Shown: one piece after another, positions 29,857 through 42,948 of the stretch
How the letters are laid out: the number at the start of each line of letters is the position of its first letter
Numbering within the stretch: the first letter of the stretch is position 1
NCBI GenBank assembly: GCA_963764725.1
Contig: CAVXTM010000003.1
Location: forward strand, 1-45,151
DNA length: 45,151 nt
Direction: 5' to 3'
From: an uncultured Gammaproteobacteria bacterium
GTDB lineage: Bacteria; Pseudomonadota; Gammaproteobacteria; JACCXJ01
Translations under genes and position numbers: made by a program
The notes under the pieces: model-generated
What the model was told of the DNA's origin: nothing
Databases searched by the model: none
Seen by the model: only the letters and a program-made list of their open reading frames with translations

Positions 29857-31035
29857 TCAAATCGTTGGTACACGACCTGAACCCTGAATTTGTTGATGGT
29901 AAGGAGAGCTGCCTAGCTTATCGTCGATGAGTCGGCTTATTAGAGCTTTTTCCTCATTGATGAACTGGGCAATTGCAGTTCGAAACTGCGGATGAAAAAT
30001 CCAATGTGCACTGTAGTTAAGTTCCGGGAGAAAGCCGCGCGGAACCTTATGTTCGCCTTGAGCCCCAGCTTCAAAGAGTGTGATTTTATTGCGTATGGCA
30101 TAGTCAATGGACTGGTAATAGCAAAGCTCGAAATGTAAGTGCCTCACGTCTTCATCAGCGCCCCAATAGCGGCCGTAAAGATGATCCCCTTTTCGATAGT
30201 TGATCGTGCCTGCTATTTCCGCTCCCCGGTCGTAGGCCAAAATAAGGACCAGTCGATCTCTCATCGTTGCTATTACCGTATCGAAAAAGCGAGGCGTGAG
30301 ATAGGCATAACCGCCCATTTTATCTATCGTCGAAAGGTAGAACCGGTACATGATGCCGGCATGTCTAGGACGAATAGCCTCACCTGTAACAACTCGGACC
30401 TCAAGCCCTCGTGCTATTAACTGTTCTCGTTCCCGTACGATCTGTTTTTTTCGTTTTGTCTTAAGATGGTCCAGAAAATCGGGGAAGTCCCGATACTCTC
30501 TATTAAGCCAGTGGTACTGAAAGCTATGTCTTATCAAAAAACCTCTTTCAGAGAAATGAGGGACTTCCTCCGGCGGGAGGAAAAGACAATGCACGGAATG
30601 ACACCCTTTCTCTTCAGCCAATGCCAGCATCGCAGAAATTAGTGCCCGCGAGACAGCTTCTCTGTCCGCATTCGGGCGTAACAGGATCTTGGCACCCGTA
30701 GCAGGAGTAAACGGTATGGCAGAAACCAGCTTTGGATAGTATGGCAGCGCGTACCGATGATAGGCAGCCGCCCATTCCCAGTCAAAAATGTATTCTCCAT
30801 AACTATTAGTTTTCAGATAAACATAGGTTGCTCCCACAAGCTCTACTTCCTGCCATACAGTGAGGTAGCGAGGTATCCAACCCGTTTCACTCCCAACACT
30901 CTGACTCGTTTCAAGCGCCAGCAGGTACTCGTAATCTGAAAAAGGAAAATTAAGAGAGGTAATTTGACCCCAGTCCAGTTTCTGAATATCTTTCATGGAA
31001 CAAAAGATCTTTATTTGGTAAGGCGATATTGCCAT
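29857..31035 (-). CDS. GNAT/FemAB-like protein (DUF482 type)
   Basis: GWIP, SYGEYIFDWEWA, YYPKL..IPFTPATG, LYGRYWG, LHFELCYYQ, EAGAQGEHK. Start uncertain (30996-31056). Confidence 0.85.
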   Translation of the reverse strand: MAISPYQIKIFCSMKDIQKLDWGQITSLNFPFSDYEYLLALETSQSVGSETGWIPRYLTVWQEVELVGATYVYLKTNSYGEYIFDWEWAAAYHRYALPYYPKLVSAIPFTPATGAKILLRPNADREAVSRALISAMLALAEEKGCHSVHCLFLPPEEVPHFSERGFLIRHSFQYHWLNREYRDFPDFLDHLKTKRKKQIVREREQLIARGLEVRVVTGEAIRPRHAGIMYRFYLSTIDKMGGYAYLTPRFFDTVIATMRDRLVLILAYDRGAEIAGTINYRKGDHLYGRYWGADEDVRHLHFELCYYQSIDYAIRNKITLFEAGAQGEHKVPRGFLPELNYSAHWIFHPQFRTAIAQFINEEKALISRLIDDKLGSSPYHQQIQGSGRVPTI

Positions 31036-31666
31036 GCGTAAGTTCTGGTCGCCCAATGAGTTAGAAAGGATCAGCTCCGCTACGATTGAACATTACAACG
31101 CAAATGCCAATAGTTTTTGGCACGGGACAAAAGATCACGATGTGACGCAAAATTATGAGGCATTATTGTCGGCTTTGCCCAACCAAAAAGGTCTATCGCT
31201 TTTGGATCTGGGGTGCGGTCCGGGCCGCGATCTTCTCTTTTTTAAGAACGAGGGACATCATGCGATTGGCTTAGATGGAAGCTACGAATTTTGTGAGATG
31301 GCGAAATCACTGACCGGTCTTCCGGTGCTCCACCAAGATTTCCTTAAACTAGAATTACCGGAGCAGTTTGTCGACGGTATTTTTGCAAATGCTTCGCTCT
31401 TTCATGTTCCTTCACAGGAAATGTCCAGGGTCCTAAAACAGCTAAGGTCCGCACTAAAACCACAAGGAGTACTTTTTTCTTCAAATCCCAGAGGAAACAG
31501 CGAGGGATGGCAGGGAAATCGCTACGGCACTTACCTTGAACTCGCTACCTATCAGCTACTGCTGGAATCGGCCGGTTTCGAGATCATAAAACACTACTAT
31601 CGACCGCAGGGACTCCCTCGCGCTGCACAGCCTTGGCTTGCCGTTGTCAGTCGGACAGTGGCTTAA
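31034..31666 (+). CDS. Class I SAM-dependent methyltransferase
   Basis: LDLGCGPGRD motif I, DGIFANASLFH, SSNPRG. Confidence 0.88.
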   Translation: MRKFWSPNELERISSATIEHYNANANSFWHGTKDHDVTQNYEALLSALPNQKGLSLLDLGCGPGRDLLFFKNEGHHAIGLDGSYEFCEMAKSLTGLPVLHQDFLKLELPEQFVDGIFANASLFHVPSQEMSRVLKQLRSALKPQGVLFSSNPRGNSEGWQGNRYGTYLELATYQLLLESAGFEIIKHYYRPQGLPRAAQPWLAVVSRTVA

Positions 31667-31713
31667 TCAGGTTTCGTCGGGATTGCCCACGGGATCCGTT
31701 TTCAGCAACCTGC

Positions 31714-32172
31714 TTAGGCGTCACCCCGGACGCGGAGCTTGGTGGCGATGAACTGCTCATGGGGCACATGGAGAAGATCTGCGACCTTGCGGATAAGGTG
31801 CTCCTCGTACTTGTGCAGGATGCCGTCGGCGTAGGCGACTCGCCACAGGTGATCGATGAGCTTTACCTTCTGCGCGGGGCTGAAGGTCAGGTTGATCTGG
31901 GAGGTGAACTGATGGAAATCCGTGGCTTCCCGCGCCTCCTCCTCGGCAAGCGCCATAAGCTCTGCGGCCTCCTTCGCGTCGAGCTCGAACTTCTCGGCGA
32001 TCGAGGCGAGGACCTGCGCCCGCTCAGCCTCGGCGATCTCCTCATCCATGCGCACTACCTCTGCGAGTAGGACCGCTACCGCCAGGCGCAGCCGGTGCTC
32101 CTCGTCCTGCGGCCCGTCGGGGCCACACAGCGCAATATGCTCTTCGAAGAACGCCTTGATCGCATCCAGCAT
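31714..32172 (-). CDS. TerB family protein
   Basis: FTSQIN, LWRVAYADG...YEEHLIRKVADLL. Confidence 0.85.
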   Translation of the reverse strand: MLDAIKAFFEEHIALCGPDGPQDEEHRLRLAVAVLLAEVVRMDEEIAEAERAQVLASIAEKFELDAKEAAELMALAEEEAREATDFHQFTSQINLTFSPAQKVKLIDHLWRVAYADGILHKYEEHLIRKVADLLHVPHEQFIATKLRVRGDA

Positions 32173-32496
32173 AGCTCCGCCTCCGCGATGATTGCCACCG
32201 GGGTCTGATCCTGGCAGCCGCGCGGTGCCGCGTCAAGCGCTGCGGAGGTTGGAGAGTCGGGCGAAGAGATCGCGCCGGAAGGGCAGGGCGAGGCCAAGCA
32301 GATCTGCACCATGAGCAGGCCCCCGAGCTGGCTGTAGTCGGCAGCTACCTGGATGGCGCCGGGCGCGGCGCCTCGGACCTCTTCCGGTCAGTCGCGGCAA
32401 CAGGTCGCGCCACGGGCGGATTCCCGGAGAACGGCCGCGCACCGTGGTCCGGCTCGCCATCGGCGTTGAACTGCATCGAGATTGACACGGCTAAGG

Positions 32497-33114
32497 TTAG
32501 GAACGGCTGGGCTTTTTCTTCGATCTTGATGGGGTTGCCGCCTGGTTGCTTAACAATTGTCTGCGGGTGCCTTCCAAGTACGATTGTGCGGTTGTTCGGT
32601 CATTGACGCACCTGGCCATAACTATCGCGCCAACCAGGCAGGCGACGGTGGCAATTGCCCGCTCCTTTTTGCGTTCAGGCGACGTGTCTTCTATTTGCTT
32701 CGAAAAGATCTCGATCATTTCATTAATCCCCTTGGCGACGTTTTCCCGCACCACAGGGCCCGCGCGCGCGATTTCGCTTCCAAGGGCGGGTACGGCGCAA
32801 CCCGTCCCCGGATCCCTGAGGTGTTTTTCTCCCAAGTAGAGATCGACGAGGCTGGCGAAGCCGCTCTTGGTCCGTGCGCTCTCCAATACTTTATGCCAAC
32901 CACGCACCGATTCACCGAATGCGGCTTCTATGGCTTCAGAGGCGAGTGCCTCTTTGGAGTCGAAATGGGTATAAAATCCGCCATGGGTAAGTCCGATCTC
33001 GCTCATCAGCTCCGCCACACTAATCCCATGTAACCCTCGTTCGCGAAGGAGTGTCGATGCGGCTTTAATGATCTCTTGTCGCGTCTTAGCCGCCTCTTCT
33101 CTTGAACGTCGCAT
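32497..33114 (-). CDS. TetR/AcrR family transcriptional regulator
   Basis: N-terminal HTH RERGLHGISVAELM..GLTHGGFYTHFDSKEAL; GC..PALGSE. Confidence 0.92.
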   Translation of the reverse strand: MRRSREEAAKTRQEIIKAASTLLRERGLHGISVAELMSEIGLTHGGFYTHFDSKEALASEAIEAAFGESVRGWHKVLESARTKSGFASLVDLYLGEKHLRDPGTGCAVPALGSEIARAGPVVRENVAKGINEMIEIFSKQIEDTSPERKKERAIATVACLVGAIVMARCVNDRTTAQSYLEGTRRQLLSNQAATPSRSKKKPSRS

Positions 33115-33205
33115 ACGTGATTCTCCACTGACCCAGTTTGTCAATACCTACCGGCACGGGAGGCGGCCGGCCGAACGCCGACCAAAACCAACTTCGCGGT
33201 ACCTC

Positions 33206-33259
33206 TTGACATATTTAGATTACTATCATAATCTTCTAATAGATTATATGCATCATCTA
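33206..33259 (+). promoter_or_regulatory. sigma70 promoter with two tandem palindromic operators (probable TetR sites)
   Basis: TTGACA-N17-TAATCT. AGATTA-N6-TAATCT (33217-33234) and AGATTA-N6-TCATCT (33241-33258) repeat with a 24-bp period. Confidence 0.7.
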
Positions 33260-33323
33260 AATGTTCGAGCGATGCGCTTTGGTTTATACCAATCGACAGT
33301 GAGAAGGATTAGGAGCGATTGCG

Positions 33324-34598
33324 ATGATTAATATCTTTTCTCGGATGAATAGAGATCTGGCGTCTTGGATAGCTATGTTTCAGTTCCTGCAGGGATTGGA
33401 TCGGTATAGGCGGAATTTAGAGCTGGGAGGCGAAGCGAGAGCGATCTTTGACCCGCCGCCGAAACACTGCAAACCCCGCCGGCGCAACGGCTGGTACTTG
33501 AAAAACCTCCTTTTGGCGCTCTTCTGTGTCATTGCGGGTAATTCAGAAACCGCTGCACTTCCCGAGCAACCTTATGAAATTCGCGCGCGGCTCGACGCCG
33601 CACCGGGAAACATCACCGTGACGTTTGATGGGCGGGTAATTATCAGTCTGCACCAGTTTTACGGTCCCGCCTACTCCGTTGCGGAACTGGGCCAGGATGG
33701 CTCCCTGAAGCCCTTTCCGAACACACAGTTCAACGACAGGACCGAGCGCACGCATGGGGTGCGGCTTGATTCGGTACTTGGGATCCGCTCTGACGGTGAG
33801 GGCATCGTCTGGATGCTCGACAATGGCCTGCGAAGCCAGGTGGTCCCGAAACTCGTCGGGTGGGACTCTGAACATGACAAGCTCCACAGAGTAATCGAGC
33901 TGCCGCCGCCTGCAACACCGCCGGATGCCTTTGTTAATGATTTCGCGATTGACCCAAAACGCAACGCCATCTATATCGCGGATCCGGCCGGTGGATCGGA
34001 CGCGGCATTAATCATCGTTGACCTAAAAACAAATCGCGCGCGCCGTGTTCTTCAAGGTCACCATAGCGTTATCCCGGAGCCGGTCGATCTCATCATGGAC
34101 GGTCAACCCGTTCAGATCAAAAAAGAGGATGGCACAATTCATCGCCCACGGCTGGGCGTGAATCCCATCACGATAGATACCAAAAACGAGTGGGTCTATT
34201 TTGGTCCCATGCACGGCATGAGCCTGTACCGCGTGCGCGCCGACGATTTAGCGAATGACCAACTGAGCGAAGTCCTACTCGAAGGTCGAGTCCAGCGGTA
34301 TAGCAGCAAGCCTATTTGCGATGGGATTTCCATCGATCAGAGCGACAACATCTATCTTGGCGATCTCGCCGCGAACGCCATCGGCGTCATTACACCCGAC
34401 CGCAAGTACACACGGCTCGTGCAATCGAAAGATCTCTCGTGGGTCAACTCCTTTAGTTTCGGTCCTCAGGGAGACCTTTACGCCGTGGTGAATCGCTTGC
34501 ACCAATCCGCGGTCCTCAATGCGGGAGAGGCACTCTCGAAGCCCCCTTACTTTGTGCTTCGAGTCAAAGCCTTCGACAACGGCGCCCCAGGGCGCTAA
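33324..34598 (+). CDS. Major royal jelly/Yellow (MRJP)-like beta-propeller protein
   Basis: PGNITV, SVLGIRSD..VWMLDNG, FVNDFAID, IYIAD, KPICDGISID, LSWVNSF. True start may be TTG 33498, followed by a signal-peptide-like segment. Confidence 0.75.
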   Translation: MINIFSRMNRDLASWIAMFQFLQGLDRYRRNLELGGEARAIFDPPPKHCKPRRRNGWYLKNLLLALFCVIAGNSETAALPEQPYEIRARLDAAPGNITVTFDGRVIISLHQFYGPAYSVAELGQDGSLKPFPNTQFNDRTERTHGVRLDSVLGIRSDGEGIVWMLDNGLRSQVVPKLVGWDSEHDKLHRVIELPPPATPPDAFVNDFAIDPKRNAIYIADPAGGSDAALIIVDLKTNRARRVLQGHHSVIPEPVDLIMDGQPVQIKKEDGTIHRPRLGVNPITIDTKNEWVYFGPMHGMSLYRVRADDLANDQLSEVLLEGRVQRYSSKPICDGISIDQSDNIYLGDLAANAIGVITPDRKYTRLVQSKDLSWVNSFSFGPQGDLYAVVNRLHQSAVLNAGEALSKPPYFVLRVKAFDNGAPGR

Positions 34599-34633
34599 GT
34601 AGAGCAATCAAAATGTAGAGCAATGGAGGTCCT

Positions 34634-35375
34634 ATGGCAGCGCAATTACTACAAACAATTCCAGGGCAGAGAACAGCAAAGATCGCACGAGCATTCGACT
34701 ATCTGACCTTCGTTCCAATCATTCTCGTTTTGACCGGTGCCTTCCACCTGAGCATGATTCTGACAGTCGGGGATTGGGATTTCTGGATGGACTGGAAAGA
34801 TAGGCGATGGTCACCTTTCTGGTAACGCCGTTGATGAGGCGATTACGTTCCCGGCAGCGGTCCAGTATGTGCTGTGGACACACTTTTCGGTTGCCAATGG
34901 GGGCCACGGTATGCGCCGTGGTTCTCCTGATCGGTATGTGCATCACCCGCTGGTTTGCCTACCATCTCTGGACCGACTATCCCATCAATATTGTCTTACC
35001 GGCGACGCTTATTCCAAGCGCCCTCATATTGGATTTCATCTTACTGTTGACTCGAAGCTACCTAGCCACCGCGGTGCTCGGCGCGAGCCTCTTCGCGGCC
35101 GTCTTCTATCCCGCCAATTGGCCGATCATCGCGCCCTTTCACGAGGCCGTGGCACACCACGGCGATACGATGACCATCGCGGATCTCCTCGGCTACCAAT
35201 ATGTGCGGCCAGGGGTTCCAGAATATCTGCGAATAATAGAGCGCGGCGTTCTGAGGACTTATGGAACGTACGCGACGCCGCTCACCGCTTTCTGCGCTGC
35301 CGTATTAGCCATGCCCCTCTATGGCCTTTGGCTCTATATCGGCAAGCTATTTAGCTCGATCAGTGCGTTACAGAC
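34634..35375 (+). pseudogene. Copper membrane monooxygenase subunit A (AmoA/PmoA/PxmA family), frameshifted, stop codon lost
   Basis: HLSMILTVGDWDFWMDWKDRRW, ITFPAAVQ, RLPMGAT, FYPANWP, IADLLGYQYVRPGVPEYLRIIERGVLRT. Three frame changes at 34810-34890; GGAGG RBS. Confidence 0.9.
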
Positions 35376-37614
35376 CGTTCGCGGCTTCATAGAGCCAGAC
35401 TCGATTCGCGTCATGTCCAAGAGGTTGCCGATGAACCGGTTCAAGCGTTCCGATTCCTCCTGGATAGTACGGATCAGATCGAGCCGTGTCGCACGGTCGA
35501 GTGCCTCGCCCTGGGTCGCAAGGCTGGTGGCCGAGCCAAGAATGGACGCCAGCGGAGTCCGCAGGTCGTGTGAGATCGATGTCAGCAGCGCCGCACGCAG
35601 CCGGTCGGTCTCGGCGACAAGGCGCGCGCGGTCCACGTCTTCGACCAGGTTCACCCGCTCGATCGCGAGTGCCGCCTGATCTGCTAGTGCATTGAGCAGT
35701 CGTTGTTGGTCAGGTGTGAGAATGGGCCCGGGTTCGTCGCGATCGATGCCGATCACACCGACCGCGCCACGGCCCGTCTGCATCGGCAGAAACAGCCGCT
35801 TGGCCCCGGGCAAAGTGTCAGCGCCCCGCCCGGCTGCGTGGTTCTTGTCCCAGCACCAGCGCGCGGCCGCGACATCTGCGGCATCCAGCGTGTCCTCCGG
35901 TGGGAAGCCAGCCCGCACCGCCACGCTGTTTTCTTCAGGGAGCAGGATGACGACACGTACCTTCAGCATCAGCGCAATCTGATGCACGGTGGCCCAGAGC
36001 AGATCCTCGAGGTTCGCCGCCCCCGCGAGCTTGCGGCTGAACTGGTAGAGTTCCTCCGTCGTGCGTGCGCGCTGGCGTGCGGTGATCGCCTGCGCGCGCA
36101 CCCGCGCAGTGAGATTGCTCGCGATCACCGCCGTGATGGCGAAGAAGAACAGTGCGACAACGTTTTCCGGATCCGCGATGGTGAAGGTGTGAAGCGGTGG
36201 CAGGAAGAAGAAATTGTAGGCCAGCACGCTGACGAAGCACGCGAACAGCGCAGGCCACAGCCCGTAGGCAATCGCGGAGACCAGCACCGCGGTGAGGAAC
36301 GTCAACGCGATGCTCGCGACACCCAGCGCCTGGCGCAGCACGAGGCCAACGCCAAGCGCCACCCCGACAAAGGCGAGGCTGCCCAAATATTCCCGGGCAT
36401 GGCTCCCGCGCGAAACGGGCGAAGGCAACTCCCGATCCGGTTTTAGTTCGGCCGGCCGTCTGTTGCGTCCGAGCACATGCACACTGGCGCCACTGGCCTT
36501 GCGTATCAGGGCCTGCGCAAGCGTTCCATTGAACAATTCCAGCCAACGCGAGCGCGCCGGCTGCACGATGATGATGTGCGTGAAGTTGTTGCGCCCGCGC
36601 ATAGTCGGCGATCGTATCCGCAACATCCTGACCCGGCAGGGTGACAGTCTCCGCACCCAGGCGCTGTGCCAGCCGCAACGCCTCGGCGACCCGATCACGT
36701 TCGGTTTCACTCATGCTCAGATCGCGCCCGGTCTCGATATGGACCGCGGCCCAGGGCGCCTTCAGGCTGTCCGCCATGCGCTTGGCGTGGCGGACCACGT
36801 CAATACTGCTCGGATCGCCGCCGATGCAGGCCAGCACACGTTCGCCGGCTGCCCAGGGACCGGCGATCGCGTGGGCCTGCATGTAGCTGACCATCTGTTC
36901 GTCGACCCGCTGCGCCGTGCGACGCAGCGCGAGTTCGCGCAACGCGGTAAGGTTGCCGGGCGAGAAGTAGTGGCGGATGGCGCGCTCGGCCTGGTGCGGC
37001 ACATAGACCTTGCCGTCCTTCAGCCGCTGGACCAGATCGTCCGGAGTCAGGTCGATCAGCTCGATGTCGTCGGCCTTGTCGATGATCGAATCCGGCACCG
37101 TCTCGCGCACCCTGATGCGGGTGATCCGGGCGACGACGTCGTTCAGGCTCTCGATATGCTGGACGTTGAGCGTGGTGTAGACGTCGATGCCGGCAGCGAT
37201 CAGTTCCTCGACATCCATGTAACGTTTGGGATGCCGGCTGCCTGGTGCGTTGGTGTGCGCCAGTTCATCGACCAGCGCGAGTTGTGGGCGTCGCGCCAGC
37301 AGTGCGTCGAGATCCATCTCTTCCAGAGCGCGTCCCTTGTACTCGACGCGCTGGCGTGGAATCACCTCCAGACCTGCGAGCAGTGCCTCGGTCTCCTTCC
37401 GTCCGTGGGTCTCGACGACCCCAGCGACGACGTCGATGCCTTCCTGCAGACGAGCTCTCGCAGCGGTGAGCATTTCGTACGTCTTGCCCACGCCCGGGGC
37501 GGCGCCGACGAAGATCTTCAGGCGTCCGCGCGCTTCCTGTTGCGCCGCCTGCAGCAGTGCGTCGGGGGAAGGACGGCCTTCGCGCGAACTTCGATCGTCC
37601 AACTGCGTCACCAT
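35375..37614 (-). pseudogene. kdpD: Sensor kinase KdpD, frameshift near 36595, C-terminal ATPase domain missing
   Basis: GRLKIFVGAAPGVGKTYEML, VDELAHTN, TLNVQHIESLND, USP domain, 4 TM, GAF, SISHDLRTPL H-box. Similarity ends after LLDMTRIESG. Confidence 0.9.
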
Positions 37615-38305
37615 CAGAGCTGGCGACCGTTCGAACCGATAGCCGACACGGCTATGGCTCAGGATATGCACCGGCTGCTTCGGATTTGGCTCGATCTTGC
37701 GCCGCAAATCCTGAACCACCTTCCGCAACAAGGCAACGCTGCCACCATCGTCATGACCCCAGATTGCGTGCACCAGATCCCGGTGTGTCAGCACCCGACC
37801 GTCAGCATCCAGCAGCAGCTTCAGCAATTGGAACTGGCGCCCGGACAACGAATGACTGCAACCGCCGCAGATAGATCCGGCGGAACACCAGATCGATCTG
37901 CAACGATGGCAGATTGAGGTAAGGTGTCTCGCCGCGGCGCCATACGTCGCGGCGCAGGGCCTTGCGGATGTGTGCAGCCAGTTCGTCCAGACCAAACGGC
38001 TTGGCGACGCAGACGTCCACCCCGGCATCCAGTGCTGCAATGATGATCTGAGGGTCCTCGCTCGGCGTCAGACCGATCAATGGCACCGACGATCGTCGCT
38101 TTGATCGCTTGGATCCCGTGACCTGGCGTGCAGTGGAGCGAGATCCAGCAGCACGGCGTCAGGCTGCCATTCGTCGATCCGCGCGAGCATGCTCCTCGCT
38201 CTGGGTCTCTGCGACATCATAGCCCTGGCGTGTGAGGCCACGCCGCAGGTAGCGGAAGATCGCCGGGTCGTCATCGATCACCAGTAGTTTCCGGCGCTGC
38301 ATCAT
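37615..38305 (-). CDS. KdpE-like OmpR-family response regulator, frameshifted
   Basis: [58 protein letters not shown]. As written it runs in frame into kdpD. Confidence 0.75.
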
Positions 38306-38341
38306 GCGTTCGCCGGGTGAAGGGAGGAAGTTTGTGCTCCC

Positions 38342-38942
38342 TCAGCCCTTCAGCCCGTCCAGCGCCAGGTTGAGTTTCAGCACGTTGACATGCGGCTCGC
38401 CGATGATGCCGAGCAGCCGGCCGCTCGTCTGGTCCTCGACCAGCTGCCGGACCTTGGCTCTCCGGCAGCCCGCGCGCCTTGGCGACGCGCGGCACCTGGA
38501 ACAGCGCGCCGGCCGGCGTGATGTCGGGATCGAGCCCGCTTGCCGACGTGGTGACCAGATCGGCCGGGATCGGCGTGTTCGGGTTCTCCGCCGCCAGCTT
38601 CGCCGCATCTTCCTTCACGCGATCCACCAGCGCCTTCGAGGTCGGCCCGAGGTTCGAGCCTGCCGAGTTCGCCGCGTTGTACGGCGCCGGCACCGTCTTG
38701 GTCGCATCGTTCGGATCGGTGTCGGTCGTCGCCGACGGCCGGCCGTGGAAGTACTTGTCGCTGGTGAAGTTCTGGCCGATCAGCGCGGAGCCGATCACCT
38801 TGCCGTCCTTCTCGATCAGGCTGCCGTTCGCCTGATACGGAAACACGGCCTGGGCGATGCCGGTCATCAGCAGCGGATAGATCAGACCGGTGATCACCGT
38901 CATGGCGACGATCATCACGATCGCGGGGCGAATGTGTTTCAT
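38342..38942 (-). CDS. kdpC: K+-transporting ATPase subunit C, frameshift near 38460
   Basis: [57 protein letters not shown]. Confidence 0.92.
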
Positions 38943-38956
38943 GTCAGTGGCCTCCC

Positions 38957-41070
<2,114 letters not shown>

Positions 41071-41074
41071 GGGA

Positions 41075-42822
41075 TTAGCTGCCTGTGTCGAAGAGGGTGC
41101 CGGCGTGCATCGCGAAGTGCTCGACGACCGGGCCGAGCGAAACCGCCGGGAAGTAGATCAGTCCGCCGGTGATCGCGATCACGCCGACCACCAGGCCGAC
41201 GAACAGCGGGCTGTCGGTCGGGAAGGTGCCGGCCGAGACCGGCACGATCTTCTTCTGCACCAGCGAGCCGGCCATCGCGAGCATCGGGATGATCATCAGG
41301 AAGCGGCCGATGAACATCGCGAGGCCGAGCGTGTCGTTCCAGAACGGCACGTTGGCGGACAGGCCGGCGAAGGCGCTGCCGTTGTTGCCGGTGGCCGAGG
41401 TGTAGGCGTACAGCGCCTCGCTGAAGCCGTGCGGGCCGGCATTGGCCATCGCACCGGTGCCGACCGGCAGCACCACGGCGAGCGCGGTGAAGCCGAGGAT
41501 CGACAGCGGCAGGATCAGGATGGCGAGCATGGCCATCTTGACCTCCTTCGCCTCCAGCTTCTTGCCGAGGTATTCCGGCGTGCGGCCGACCATCAGCCCG
41601 GCGACGAACATCGCGATGATGACGAACAGCAGCATGCCGTAGAGGCCGGAGCCGACGCCGCCGAAGATGATCTCGCCCAGCATGATGTTGACCATCGGCA
41701 CCATGCCGGCGATCGGCAGCAGGCTGTCATGCATGTTGTTGACCGCGCCGCAGGAGGCGTCGGTGGTGACGGTGGTGAACAGCGCCGAGTTGGCGATGCC
41801 GAAGCGGACCTCCTTGCCTTCCATGTTGCCGCCGGCCTGCAAGCGCGCTCGCGCGTCTGGTCGACGTGGAGCGCGGCGAAGGCCGGGTTGCCGGCCGCTT
41901 CCGCCCAGTAGCAGGTGGTCACGCCGCCGAGGAACAGCACGCCCATGATGGCGAAGATCGCCCAGCCCTGGCGCTGGCTGCCGACCATGCGGCCGAACAC
42001 GTTGGTCAGCGCCGCGCCGATCGAGAAGATCAGCAGGATCTGGATCAGGTTGGTCAGCGCGCTCGGGTTCTCGAACGGATGCGCCGAGTTGGCGTTGATG
42101 AACCCGCCGCCATTGGTGCCCAGCATCTTGATGACTTCCTGCGAGGCCACCGGGCCCTGGGCGATGATCTGCTTGGCGCCTTCGAGCGTGGTCGACCTCG
42201 GTATAGGCGTTCAGGTTCTGCGGCATGCCGAGCGCGATGAACACCAGGCCGACGACGATCGAGATCGGCAGCAGGATGTAGAGCACGCAGCGGGTCAGAT
42301 CGACCCAGAAGTTGCCGATGCGTGCTGCGCCGAACGCCGGGCGAAGCCGCGGATCAGCGCGATCGCCAGCACGATGCCGGTGGCCGCCGAGACGAAGTTG
42401 TGCACCGTCAGCGCCGGCCATCTGCGTGAGATAGCTCATCGTCGTCTCGGGCACGTACGACTGCCAGTTGGTGTTGGTGACGAAGCTGACCGAGGTGTTG
42501 AAGGCGAGGTCGGGCGAGACCGCGTCCTGGCCCTGCGGATTGAACGGCAGCACGTTCTGCAGCCGCTGCATCGCGTACATGATGACGAAGCCGGCGAAGC
42601 TGAATGCCAGCATCGCGATCGCGTAGCTCAGCCAGTGCTGCTCCTCGCGCTCGTCGACGCCGCACAGCCTGTAGATGCCGACCTCGATCGGACGCAGCAC
42701 CGAGCGACAGCGGCGTGCGCTCGCCCGTCGAAGACGCGCGTCATGTAGCCGCCGAACGGCTTGGTGATCAGGATCACCAGAACGGCATAGATCGCGATCT
42801 GCAGCCAACCATTGAACGTCAT
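41075..42822 (-). CDS. kdpA: K+-transporting ATPase subunit A, multiple frameshifts
   Basis: [47 protein letters not shown]. Confidence 0.92.
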
Positions 42823-42848
42823 GATCGCGTTGCTCCTCGCGATCCGGC

Positions 42849-42938
42849 TCAGAACTTCTCTGGGCGGATCAGGGCGTAGACCAGATAGACCAGCAGGCCG
42901 ATCGTCACGATCGCGCCCAGGACATAGTCGAGGGTCAT
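42849..42938 (-). CDS. kdpF: KdpF (MTLDYVLGAIVTIGLLVYLVYALIRPEKF)
   Basis: 29-aa hydrophobic peptide ending YLVYAL.RPEKF immediately before kdpA; not in the ORF track. Confidence 0.92.
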   Translation of the reverse strand: MTLDYVLGAIVTIGLLVYLVYALIRPEKF

Positions 42939-42948
42939 GGCAGTGGCC

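Noticed and set aside
32233-32480. Possible C-terminal gene remnant upstream of terB (..DLLGLALPFRRDLFARLSNLRSA)
   Set aside because: No family recognisable and the frames are inconsistent.
34807-35679. 290-aa ORF treated as a real xmoA fusion protein
   Set aside because: Its last ~100 aa are antisense kdpD read-through past the junction.
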